A DNA stretch of 64,000 bases from Eledone cirrhosa (Eukaryota), in the NCBI GenBank assembly GCA_964016885.1, contig OZ024742.1:348626001-348690000 (forward strand), read 5' to 3'. The translations under genes and the position numbers were made by a program. The notes beneath the pieces are model-generated. The model was not told where the DNA came from. It saw only the letters and a list, made by a program, of their open reading frames with translations, and did not search any database. This document shows positions 1-12,829 of this stretch, piece by piece. Within the stretch, counting starts at the first letter, position 1; each line of letters opens with the position of its first letter.

Positions 1-3000
1 TCAGGTGTAGTTGGACATTTAAGGTGTTCTATTCGGGTGTAGTTGGACAGTTAAGGTGTTCTACTGATGTGTGGTTGAACAGTTAAGGTGTTCTAATCAG
101 GTGTGGTTGGACAGTTAAGGTGTTCTACTCATGTGTAGTTGAACAGTTAAGTTGTTCTATTCAGGTGTGGTTGGTTTGTTAAGGTGTTCTATTCAGGTGT
201 GGTTGGTTAGTTAATGTGGTCTACTCAGGTGTAGATGGACAGTTAAGGTGTTCTACTCAGGTGTGGTTGGTTACTTAAGGTGGTCTACTCAGGTGTGGTT
301 GGACAGTTAAGGTGTTCTACTCAGGTGCAGTTGGACAGTTAAGGTGTTCTACTGATGTGTGGTTGGTTAGTTAAGGTGTTCTACTCAGGTGTAGTTGGAC
401 ATTTAAGCTGTTCTATTCAGGTGTAGTTGGACAGTTAAGGTGTTCTACTGATGTGTGGTTGAACAGTTAAGGTGTTCTACTCAGGTGTAGTTGAACAGTT
501 AAGGTGTTCTACTGATGTGTGGTTGGTTAGTTAAGGTGTTCTACTTATGTGTAGTTGAACAGTTAAGGTGTTCTATTCAGGTGTACTTGAACAGTTAAGG
601 AGGTCTATTCAGGTGTGGTTGGTTAGTTAAGGTGGTCTACTCAGGTGTAGATGGACAGTTAAGGTGTTCTACTCAGGTGTGGTTGGTTAGTTAAGGTGGT
701 TTACTCAGGTGTATATGGACAGTTAAGGTGTTCTTCTCAGGTGTGGTTGGTTAGTTAAGGTGGTCTACTCAGGTGTAGATGGACAGTTAAGGTGTTCTAC
801 TCAGGTGTGGTTGGACAGTTAAGGTGTTCTACTCAGGTGTGGTTGGACAGTTAAGGTGTTCTACTCAGGTGTAGTTGGACAGTTAATGTGTTCTACTCAG
901 GTGTGGTTGGACAGTTAAGGTGTTCTACTGATGTATGTTTGGAGAGTTAAGGTGTTCTACTCAGGTGTGGTTGGACAGTTAAGGTGTTCTACTCAAGTGT
1001 AGGTGAACAGTTAAGGTGTTCTATTCAGGTGTAGTTGGACAGTTAAGGTGTTCTACTCAGGTGTAGTTGGACAGTTAATGTGTTCTACTCAGGTGTGGTT
1101 GGACAGTTAAGGTGTTCTACTGATGTATGGTTGGAGAGTTAAGGTGTTCTACTCAGGTGTGGTTGGACAGTTAAGGTGTTCTACTCAAGTGTAGGTGAAC
1201 AGTTAAGGTGTTCTATTCAGGTGTAGTTGGACAGTTAAGGTGTTGTACTCAGGTGGGGCTGAACAGTTAAGGTGTTCTACTCAGGTGTAGTTGGACAGTT
1301 AAGGTGTTCTATTCAGGTGTGGTTGAACAGTTAAGGTGTTCTACTGATGTATGTTTGGACAGTTAAGGTGTTCTACTCAGGTGTAGTTGAACAGTTAAGT
1401 TGTTCTACTCAGGTGTGGTTGGACAGTTAAGGTGTTCTATTCAGGTGTGGTTGAACAGTTAAGGTGTTCTACTGATGTGTGGTTGGACAGTTAAGGTGTC
1501 CTACTCAGGTGTAGTTGAACAGTTAAGGTGTTCTATTCAGGTGTGGTTGAACAGTGAAGGTGTTCTACTCAGGTGTAGTTGGACAGTTAAGGTGTTCTAC
1601 TCAGGTGTAGTTGGACAGTTAAGGTGTTGTACTTAAGTGTGGTTGGTTAGTTAAGGTGTTCTACTCAGGTGTAGTTGGACATGTAAGGTGTTCTATTCAG
1701 GTGTAGTTGGACAGTTAAGGTGTTCTACTCAGGTGTGGTTGAACAGTTAATGTGTTCTACTCAGGTGTAGTTGAACAGTTAAGGTGTTCTACTCAGGTGT
1801 AGTTGGACAGTTAAGGTGTTCTATTGAGGTGTGGTTGAACAGTTAAGGTGTTCGACTGATGTGTGGTTGGACAGTTAAGGTGTTCTACTCAGGTGTAGTT
1901 GAACAGTTAAGATGTTCTACTCAGGTGTAGTTAGACAGTTAAGGTGTTCTATTCAGGTGTGGTTGAACAGTTAAGGTGTTCTACTGATGTGTGGTTGGAC
2001 AGTTAAGGTGTTCTACTCAGGTGTAGTTGAACAGTTAAGGTGTTCTATTCAGGTGTAGTTGGACAGTTAAGGTGTTCTACTCAGGTGTGGTTGAACAGTT
2101 AAGGTGTTCTACTCAGGTGTAGTGGGACAGTTAAGATGTTCTACTCAGGTGTAGGTGGACATTTAAGGTGTTTTATTCAGGTGTGGTTGAACAGTTAAGG
2201 TGTTCTATTCAGGTGTGGTTGGACAGTTAAAGTGGTCTATTCAGGTGTGGTTGGTTAGTTAATGTGTTCTACTCAGGTGTAGATGAACAGTTAAGGTGTT
2301 CTATTCAGGTGTAGTTGGATAGTTAATGTGTTCTACTCAGGTGTAGTTGGACGGTTAAGGTGTTCTACTGATGTGTGGTTGGTTAGTTAAGGTGTTCTAT
2401 TCAGGTGTAGTTGGACAGTTAAGGTGTTCTACTCAGGTGTGGTTGGACAGTTAAAGTGTTCTACTCAGGTGTAGGTGAACAGTTAAGGTGTTCTATTCAG
2501 GTGTAGTTGGACAGTTAAGGTGTTGTACTCAGGTGGGGTTGAACAGTTAAGGTGTTCTACTCAGGTGTAGTTGGACAGTTAAGGTGTTCTATTCAGTTAA
2601 GGTGTTCTACTTAAGTGTGGTTGGTTAGTTAAGGTGTTCTACTCAGGTGTAGTTGGACATTTAAGGTGTTCTATTCAGGTGTAGTTGGACAGTTAAGGTG
2701 TTCTACTCAGGTGTGGTTGAACAGTTAAGGTGTTCTACTCAGGTGTAGTTGAACAGTTAAGGTGTTCTACTAAGGTGTGGTCGGTTATTTAAGGTGTTCT
2801 ACTCAGGTGTGGTTGAACAGTTAAGGTGTTCTACTCAGGTGTAGTTGGAGAGTTAAGGTGTTCTATTCAGGTGTGGTTGAACAGTTAAGGTGTTCTACTG
2901 ATGTGTGGTTGGACAGTTAAGGTGTTCTACTCAGGTGTAGTTGAACAGTTAAGGTGTTCTATTCAGGTGTAGTTGGACAGTTAAGGTGTTCTATTCAGGT

Positions 3001-6000
3001 GTGGTTGAACAGTTAAAGTGTTCTACTCAGGTGTAGTTGGACAGTTAAGGTGTTCTATTGAGGTGTGGTTGAACAGTCAATGTGTTCGACTGATGTGTGG
3101 TTGGACAGTTAAGGTGTTCTACTCAGGTGTAGTTGAACAGTTAAGGTGTTCTACTCAGGTGTAGTTGGACAGTTAAGATGTTCTATTCAGGTGTGGTTGA
3201 ACAGTTAAGGTGTTCTACTGATGTGTGGTTGGACAGTTAAGGTGTTCTACTGATATGTGGTTGGTTACTTAAGGTGTGCTACTCAGGTGAAGTTGGACAT
3301 TTAAGGTGTTCTATTCAGGTGTAGTTGGACAGATAAGATGTTCTATTCAGGTCTGGTTGAACAGTTAAGGTGTTCTATTCAGGTGTGGTTGGACAGTTAA
3401 AGTGGTCTACTCAGGTGTGGTTGGTTAGTTAAGGTGTTCTACTCAGGTGTAGTTGAACAGTTAAGGTGTTCTATTCAGGTGTAGTTGGATAGTTAAGGTG
3501 TTCTACTCAGGTGTAGTTGGACAGTTAAGGTGTTCTACTGATGTGTGGTTGGTTAGTTAAGGTGTTCTACTCAGGTGTAGTTGAACAGTTAAGGTGTTCT
3601 ACGCAGCTGTCGTTGGACAGTTAAGGTGTTCTACTGATGTGTGGTTGGTTATTTAAGGTGGTCTACTCATGTGTAGATGGACAGTTAAGGTGTTCTACTC
3701 AGGTGTAGATGGACAGTTAAGGTGTTCTACTCAGGTGTGGTTGGACAGTTAAGGTGTTCTACTCAGGTGTGGTTGGACAGTTAAGGTGTTATACTCAGGT
3801 GTGGTTGGACAGTTAAGGTGTTCTACTCAGGTGTAGTTGGACAGTTAAGGTGTTCTACTCAGGTGTGGTTGGACAGTTAAGGTGTTCTACTGATGTATGG
3901 TTGGAGAGTTAAGGTGTTCTACTCAGGTGTGGTTGGACAGTTAAGGTGTTCTACTCAAGAGTAGGTGAACAGTTAAGGTGTTCTATTCAGGTGTAGTTGG
4001 ACAGTTAAGGTGTTCTACTCAGGTGTAGTTGGACAGTTAAGGTGTTCTACTCAGGTGTGGCTGGACAGTTAAGGTGTTCTACTGATGTATGGTTGGAGAG
4101 TTAAGGTTTTCTACTCAGGTGTGGTTGGACAGTTAAGGTGTTCTACTCAAGTGTAGGTGAACAGTTAAGGTGTTCTATTCAGGTGTAGTTGGACAGTTAA
4201 GGTGTTGTACTCAGGTGGGGCTGAACAGTTAAGGTGTTCTACTCAGGTGTAGTTGGACAGTTAAGGTGTTCTATTCAGGTATGGTTGAACAGTTAAGGTG
4301 TTCTACTGATGTGTGTTTGGACAGTTAAGGTGTTCTACTCAGGTATAGTTGAACAGTTAAGGTGTTCTACTCAGGTGTGGTTGGAGAGTTAAGGTTTTCT
4401 ACTCAGGTGTGGTTGGACAGTTAAGGTGTCCTACTCAGGTGTAGTTGAACAGTTAAGGAGTAATATTCAGGTGTGGTTGAACAGTTAAGGTGTTCTACTC
4501 AGGTGTAGTTGGACAGTTAAGGTGTTCTACTCAGGTGTAGTTGGACAGATAAGGTGTTCTACTTAAGTGTGGTTGGTTAGTTAAGGTATTCTACTCAGGT
4601 GTAGTTGGACATGTAAGGTGTTCTATTCAGGTGTAGTTGGACAGTTAAGTTGTTCTACTCAGGTGTGGTTGAACAGTTAATGTGTTCTACTCAGGTGTAG
4701 TTGAACAGTTAAGGTGTTCTACTCAGGTGTAGTTGGACAGTTAAGGTGTTCTATTGAGGTGTGGTTGAACAGTTAAGGTGTTCGACTGTTGTGTGGCTGA
4801 ACAGTTAAGGTGTTCTACTCAGGTGTAGTTGGACAGTTAAGGTGTTCTATTCAGGTGTGGTTGAACAGTTAAGGTGTTCTACTGATGTGTGGTTGGACAG
4901 TTAAGGTGTTCTACTCAGGTGTAGTTGAACAGTTAAGGTGTTCTATTCAGGTGTAGTTGGACAGTTAAGGTGTTCTACTCAGGTGTAGTCGGACAGTTAA
5001 GGTGTTCTACTCAGGTGTAGGTGGACATTTAAGGTGTTTTATTCAGGTGTGGTTGAACAGTTAAGGTGTTCTATTCAGGTGTGGTTGGACAGTTAAAGTG
5101 GTCTATTCAGGTGTGGTTGGTTAGTTAATGTGTTCTACTCAGGTGTAGATGAACAGTTAAGTTGTTCTATTCAGGTGTAGTTGGATAGTTAATGTGTTCT
5201 ACTCAGGTGTAGTTGGACAGTTAAGGTGTTCTACTGATGAGTGGTTGGTTAGTTAAGGTGTTCTATTCAGGTGTAGTTGGACAGTTAAGGTGTTCTATTC
5301 AGGTGTAGTTGGACAGTTAAGGTGTTCTACTCAGGTGTGGTTGGACAGTTAAAGTGTTCTACTCAGGTGTAGGTGAACAGTTAAGGTGTTCTATTCAGGT
5401 GTAGTTGGACAGTTAAGGTGTTGTACTCAGGTGGGGTTGAACAGTTAAGGTGTTCTACTCAGGTGTAGTTGGACAGTTAAGGTGTTCTATTCAGGTGTGG
5501 TTGAACAGTTAAGGTGTTCTACTGATGTGTGGTTGGACAGTTAAGGTGTTCTACTCAGGTATAGTTGAACAGTTAAGGTGTTCTACTCAGGTGTGGATGG
5601 ACAGTTAAGGTGTTCTATTCAGGTGTGGTTGAACAGTTAAGGTGTTCTACTGATGTGTGGTTGGACAGTTAAGGTGTCCTACTCAGGTGTAGTTGAACAG
5701 TTAAGGAGTTCTATTCAGGTGTGGTTGAACAGTTAAGGTGTTCTACTCAGGTGTAGTTGGACAGTTAAGGTGTTCTACTCAGGTGTAGTTGGACAGTTAA
5801 GGTGTTCTACTTAAGTGTGGTTGGTTAGTTAAGGTGTTCTACTCAGGTGTAGTTGGACATGTAAGGTGTTCTATTCAGGTGTAGTTGGACAGTTAAGTTG
5901 TTCTACTCAGGTGTGGTTGAACAGTTAATGTGTTCTACTCAGGTGTAGTTGAACAGTTAAGGTGTTCTACTCAGGTGTAGTTGGACAGTTAAGGTGTTCT

Positions 6001-6024
6001 ATTGAGGTGTGGTTGAACAGTTAA

Positions 6025-9000
6025 GGTGTTCGACTGTTGTGTGGTTGAACAGTTAAGGTGTTCTACTCAGGTGTAGTTGGACAGTTAAGGTGTTCTATTC
6101 AGGTGTGGTTGAACAGTTAAGGTGTTCTACTGATGTGTGGTTGGACAGTTAAGGTGTTCTACTCAGGTGTAGTTGAACAGTTAAGGTGTTCTATTCAGGT
6201 GTAGTTGGACAGTTAAGGTGTTCTACTCAGGTGTGGTTGAACAGTTAAGGTGTTCTACTCAGGTGTAGTTGGACATTTAAGATGTTCTACTCAGGTGTAG
6301 GTGGACATTTAAGGTGTTTTATTCAGGTGTAGTTGGACAGTTAAGGTGTTCTACTGATGTGTGGTTGGTTAGTTAAGGTGTTCTATTCAGGTGTAGTTGG
6401 ACAGTTAAGGTGTTCTACTCAGGTGTAGTTGGACAGTTAAGGTGTTCTACTCAGGTGTGGTTGGACAGTTAAAGTGTTCTACTCAGGTGTAGGTGAACAG
6501 TTAAGGTGTTCTATTCAGGTGTAGTTGGACAGTTAAGGTGTTGTACTCAGGTGGGGTTGAACAGTTAAGGTGTTCTACTCAGGTGTAGTTGGACAGTTAA
6601 GGTGTTCTATTCAGGTGTGGTTGAACAGTTATGGTGTTCTACTGATGTGTGGTTGGACAGTTAAGGTGTTCTACTCAGGTGTAGTTGAACAGTTAAGGTG
6701 TTCTACTCAGGTGTGGTTGGACAGTTAAGGTGTTCTATTCAGGTGTGGTTGAACAGTTAAGGTGTTCTACTGATGTGTGGTTGGACAGTTAAGGTGTCCT
6801 ACTCAGGTGTAGTTGAACAGTTAAGGTGTTCTACTCAGGTGTGGTTGGACAGTTAAGGTGTTCTATTCAGGTGTAGTTGGACAGTTAAGGTGTTCTACTG
6901 ATGTGTGGTTGCTTAGTTAAGGTGTTCTACTCAGGTGTAGTTGGACATTTAAGGTGTTCTATTCAGGTGTAGTTGGACAGTTAATGTGTTCTATTCAGGT
7001 GTGGTTGAACAGTTAAGGTGTTCTATTCAGGTGTGGTTGGACAGTTAAAGTGTTCTACTCAGGTGTGGTTGGTTAGTTAAGTTGTTCTACTCAGGTGTAG
7101 TTGAACAGTTAAGGTGTTCTATTCAGGTGTAGTTGGACAGTTAAGGTGTTGTACTGATGTGTGGTTGGTTAGTTAAGGTGTTCTACTCAGGTGTAGTTGA
7201 ACAGTTAAGGTGTTCTACTCAGCTGTCGTTGGACAGTTAAGGTGTTCTACTGATGTGTGGTTGGTTATTTAAGGTGGTCTACTCATGTGTAGATGGACAG
7301 TTAAGGTGTTCTACTCAGGTGTAGATGGACAGTTAAGGTGTTCTACTCAGGTGTGGTTGAACAGTTAAGGTGTTCTACTCAGGTGTGGTTGGACAGTTAA
7401 GGTGTTCTACTCAGGTGTGATGGACAGTTAAGGTGTTCTACTCAGGTGTAGTTGGACAGTTAAGGTGTTCTACTCAGGTGTGGTTGGACAGTTAAGGTGT
7501 TCTACTGATGTATGGTTGGAGAGTTAAGGTGTTCTACTCAGGTGTGGTTGGACAGTTAAGGTGTTCTACTCAAGAGTAGGTGAACAGTTAAGGTGTTCTA
7601 TTCAGGTGTAGTTGGACAGTTAAGGTGTTCTACTCAGGTGTGGTTGGACAGTTAAGGTGTTCTACTCAGGTGTAGTTGGACAGTTAAGGTGTTCTACTCA
7701 GGTGTGGTTGGACAGTTAAGGTGTTCTACTGATGTATGGTTGGAGAGTTAAGGTGTTCTACTCAGGTGTGGTTGGACAGTTAAGGTGTTCTACTCAAGAG
7801 TAGGTGAACAGTTAAGGTGTTCTATTCAGGTGTAGTTGGACAATTAAGGTGTTCTACTCAGGTGTAGTTGGACAGTTAAGGTGTTCTACTCAGGTGTGGT
7901 TGGACAGTTAAGGTGTTCTACTGATGTATGGTTGGAGAGTTAAGGTTTTCTACTCAGGTGTGGTTGGACAGTTAAGGTGTTCTACTCAAGTGTAGGTGAA
8001 CAGTTAAGGTGTTCTATTCAGGTGTAGTTGGACAGTTAAGGTGTTGTACTCAGGTGGGGCTGAACAGTTAAGGTGTTCTACTCAGGTGTAGTTGGACAGT
8101 TAAGGTGTTCTATTCAGGTATGGTTGAACAGTTAAGGTGTTCTACTGATGTGTGTTTGGACAGTTAAGGTGTTCTACTCAAGTGTAGTTGAACAGTTAAG
8201 GTGTTCTACTCAGGTGTGGATGGACAGTTAAGGTGTTCTATTCAGGTGTGGTTGAACAGTTAAGGTGTTCTACTGATGTGTGGTTGGACAGTTAAGGTGT
8301 CCTACTCAGGTGTAGTTGAACAGTTAAGGAGTTCTATTCAGGTGTGGTTGAACAGTTAAGGTGTTCTACTCAGGTGTAGTTGGACAGTTAAGGTGTTCTA
8401 CTTAAGTGTGGGTGGTTAGTTAAGGTGTTCTACTCAGGTGTAGTTGGACAGTTAAGGTGTTCTATTCAGGTGTGGTTGAACAGTTAAAGTGTTCTACTCA
8501 GGTGTAGTTGGACAGTTAATGTGTTCTACTCAGGTGTAGTTGAACAGTTAAGGTGTTCGACTGATGTGTGGTTGGACAGTTAAGGTGTTCTACTCAGGTG
8601 TAGTTGAACAGTTAAGGTGTTCTACTCAGGTGTAGTTGGACAGTTAAGATGTTCTATTCAGGTGTGGTTGAACAGTTAAGGTGTTCTACTGATGTGTGGT
8701 TGGACAGTTAAGGTGTTCTACTGATATGTGGTTGGTTACTTAAGGTGTGCTACTCAGGTGAAGTTGGACATTTAAGGTGTTCTATTCAGCTGTAGTTGGA
8801 CAGTTAAGGTGTTCTATTCAGGTGTGGTTGAACAGTTAAGGTGTTCTATTCAGGTGTGGTTGGACAGTTAAGGTGTTCGACTGTTGTGTGGTTGAACAGT
8901 TAAGGTGTTCTACTCAGGTGTAGTTGGACAGTTAAGGTGTTCTATTCAGGTGTGGTTGAACAGTTAAGGTGTTCTACTGATGTGTGGTTGGACAGTTAAG

Positions 9001-11750
9001 GTGTTCTACTCAGGTGTAGATGAACAGTTAAGGTGTTCTATTCAGGTGTAGTTGGACAGTTAAGGTGTTCTACTCAGGTGTGGTTGAACAGTTAAGGTGT
9101 TCTACTCAGGTGTAGTTGGACATTTAAGATGTTCTACTCAGGTGTAGGTGGACATTTAAGGTGTTTTATTCAGGTGTAGTTGGACAGTTAAGGTGTTCTA
9201 CTGATGTGTGGTTGGTTAGTTAAGGTGTTCTATTCAGGTGTAGTTGGACAGTTAAGGTGTTCTACTCAGGTGTAGTTGGACAGTTAAGATGTTCTACTCA
9301 GGTGTGGTTGGACAGTTAAAGTGTTCTACTCAGGTGTAGGTGAACAGTTAAGGTGTTCTATTCAGGTGTAGTTGGACAGTTAAGGTGTTGTACTCAGGTG
9401 GGGTTGAACAGTTAAGGTGTTCTACTCAGGTGTAGTTGGACAGTTAAGGTGTTCTATTCAGGTGTGGTTGAACAGTTATGGTGTTCTACTGATGTGTGGT
9501 TGGACAGTTAAGGTGTTCTACTCAGGTGTAGTTGAACAGTTAAGGTGTTCTACTCAGGTGTGGTTGGACAGTTAAGGTGTTCTATTCAGGTGTGGTTGAA
9601 CAGTTAAGGTGTTCTACTGATGTGTGGTTGGACAGTTAAGGTGTCCTACTCAGGTGTAGTTGAACAGTTAAGGTGTTCTACTCAGGTGTGGTTGGACAGT
9701 CAAGGTGTTCTACTCAGGTGTAGTTGGACAGTTAAGGTGTTCTACTGATGTGTGGTTGCTTAGTTAAGGTGTTCTACTCAGGTGTAGTTGGACATTTAAG
9801 GTGTTCTATTCAGGTGTAGTTGGACAGTTAAGGTGTTCTATTCAGGTGTGGTTGAACAGTTAAGGTGTTCTATTCAGGTGTGGTTGGACAGTTAAAGTGT
9901 TCTACTCAGGTGTGGTTGGTTAGTTAAGTTGTTCTACTCAGGTGTAGTTGAACAGTTAAGGCGTTCTATTCAGGTGTAGTTGGATAGTTAAGGTGTTCTA
10001 CTCAGGTGTAGTTGGACAGTTAAGGTGTTCTACTGATGTGTGGTTGGTTAGTTAAGGTGTTCTACTCAGGTGTAGTTGAACAGTTAAGGTGTTCTACTCA
10101 GCTGTCGTTGGACAGTTAAGGTGTTCTACTGATGTGTGGTTGGTTATTTAAGGTGGTCTACTCATGTGTAGATGGACAGTTAAGGTGTTCTACTCAGGTG
10201 TAGATGGACAGTTAAGGTGTTCTACTCAGGTGTGGTTGGACAGTTAAGGTGTTCTACTCAGGTGTGGTTGGACAGTTAAGGTGTTCTACTCAGGTGTGAT
10301 GGACAGTTAAGGTGTTCTACTCAGGTGTAGTTGGACAGTTAAGGTGTTCTACTCAGGTGATTGTTGGACAGTTAAGGTGTTCTACTGATGTATGGTTGGA
10401 GAGTTAAGGTGTTCTACTCAGGTGTGGTTGGACAGTTAAGGTGTTCTACTCAAGAGTAGGTGAACAGTTAAGGTGTTCTATTCAGGTGTAGTTGGACAGT
10501 TAAGGTGTTCTACTCAGGTGTGGTTGGACAGTTAAGGTGTTCTACTCAGGTGTAGTTGGACAGTTAAGGTGTTCTACTCAGGTGTGGTTGGACAGTTAAG
10601 GTGTTCTACTGATGTATGGTTGGAGAGTTAAGGTATTCTACTCAGGTGTGGTTGGACAGTTAAGGTGTTCTACTCAAGAGTAGGTGAACAGTTAAGGTGT
10701 TCTATTCAGGTGTAGTTGGACAGTTAAGGTGTTCTACTCAGGTGTAGTTGGACAGTTAAGGTGTTCTACTCAGGTGTGGTTGGACAGTTAAGGTGTTCTA
10801 CTGATGTATGGTTGGAGAGTTAAGGTTTTCTACTCAGGTGTGGTTGGACAGTTAAGGTGTTCTACTCAAGTGTAGGTGAACAGTTAAGGTGTTCTATTCA
10901 GGTGTAGTTGGACAGATAAGGTGTTGTACTCAGGTGGGGCTGAACAGTTAAGGTGTTCTACTCAGGTGTAGTTGGACAGTTAAGGTGTTCTATTCAGGTA
11001 TGGTTGAACAGTTAAGGTGTTCTACTGATGTGTGTTTGGACAGTTAAGGTGTTCTACTCAGGTGTAGTTGAACAGTTAAGGTGTTCTACTCAGGTGTGGA
11101 TGGACAGTTAAGGTGTTCTATTCAGGTGTGGTTGAACAGTTAAGGTGTTCTACTGATGTGTGGTTGGACAGTTAAGGTGTCCTACTCAGGTGTAGTTGAA
11201 CAGTTAAGGAGTTCTATTCAGGTGTGGTTGAACAGTTAAGGTGTTCTACTCAGGTGTAGTTGGACAGTTAAGGTGTTCTACTTAAGTGTGGTTGGTTAGT
11301 TAAGGTGTTCTACTCAGGTGTAGTTGGACAGTTAAGGTGTTCTATTCAGGTGTGGTTGAACAGTTAAAGTGTTCTACTCAGGTGTAGTTGGACAGTTAAT
11401 GTGTTCTACTCAGGTGTAGTTGAACAGTTAAGGTGTTCGACTGATGTGTGGTTGGACAGTTAAGGTGTTCTACTCAGGTGTAGTTGAACAGTTAAGGTGT
11501 TCTACTCAGGTGTAGTTGGACAGTTAAGATGTTCTATTCAGGTGTGGTTGAACAGTTAAGGTGTTCTACTGATGTGTGGTTGGACAGTTAAGGTGTTCTA
11601 CTGATATGTGGTTGGTTACTTAAGGTGTGCTACTCAGGTGAAGTTGGACATTTAAGGTGTTCTATTCAGCTGTAGTTGGACAGTTAAGGTGTTCTATTCA
11701 GGTGTGGTTGAACAGTTAAGGTGTTCTATTCAGGTGTGGTTGGACAGTTA
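6025..11750 (+). repeat. Tandem block duplication, about 2.85-2.88 kb (89-90 monomers) x2
   Basis: Rare variants are paired. CGACTGTTG 6031/8878, ATGGTG 6631/9478 and GCTTAG 6911/9758 have offset 2847. The 1-bp-deleted TCAGGTGTGATGG at 7411/10290 has offset 2879. CAAGAGTAGG 7571/10451 and TCTATTCAGC 8781/11661 have offset 2880. Boundaries are approximate. Confidence 0.9.
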
Positions 11751-12829
11751 AAGTGGTCTACTCAGGTGTGGTTGGTTAGTTAAGGTGTTCTACTCAGGTG
11801 TAGTTGAACAGTTAAGGTGTTCTATTCAGGTGTAGTTGGATAGTTAAGTTGTTCTACTCAGGTGTAGTTGGACAGTTAAGGTGTTCTACTGATGTGTGGT
11901 TGGTTAGTTAAGGTGTTCTACTCAGGTGTATTTGAACAGTTAAGGTGTTCTACTCAGCTGTTGTTGGACAGTTAAGGTGTTCTACTGATGTGTGGTTGGT
12001 TATTTAAGGTGGTCTACTCATGTGTAGATGGACAGTTAAGGTGTTCTACTCAGGTGTAGATGGACAGTTAAGGTGTTCTACTCAGGTGTGGTTGGACAGT
12101 TAAGGTGTTCTACTCAGGTGTGGTTGGACAGTTAAGGTGTTCTACTCAGGTGTAGGTGAACAGTTAAGGTGTTCTATTCAGGTGTAGTTGGACAGTTAAG
12201 GTGTTCTACTCAGGTGTAGTTGGACAGTTAAGGTGTTCTACTCAGGTGTGGTTGGACAGTTAAGGTGTTCTACTGATGTATGGTCGGAGAGTTAAGGTGT
12301 TCTACTCAGGTGTGGTTGGACAGTTAAGGTGTTCTACTCAGGTGTAGGTGAACAGTTAAGGTGTTCTATTCAGGTGTAGTTGGACAGTTAAGGTGTTGTA
12401 CTCAGGTGGGGTTGAACAGTTAAGGTGTTCTACTCAGGTGTAGTTGGACAGTTAAGGTGTTCTATTCAGGTGTGGTTGAACAGTTAAGGTGTTCTATTGA
12501 TGTGTGTTTGGACAGTTAAGGTGTTCTACTCAGGTGTAGTTGAACAGTTAAGGTGTTCTACTCAGGTGTGGTTGGACAGTTAAGGTGTTCTATTCAGGTG
12601 TGGTTGAACAGTTAAGGTGTTCTACTGATGTGTGGTTGGACAGTTAAGGTGTCCTACTCAGGTGTAGTTGAACAGTTAAGGTGTTCTACTGATGTGTGGT
12701 TGGTTAGTTACGTTGTTCTATTCAGGTGTAGTTGGACAGTTAAGGTGTTCTACTCAGGTGTAGTTGGACAGTTAAGGTGTTCTACTGATGTATGGTTGGA
12801 CAGTTAAGGTGTTCTACTCAGGTGTAGTT

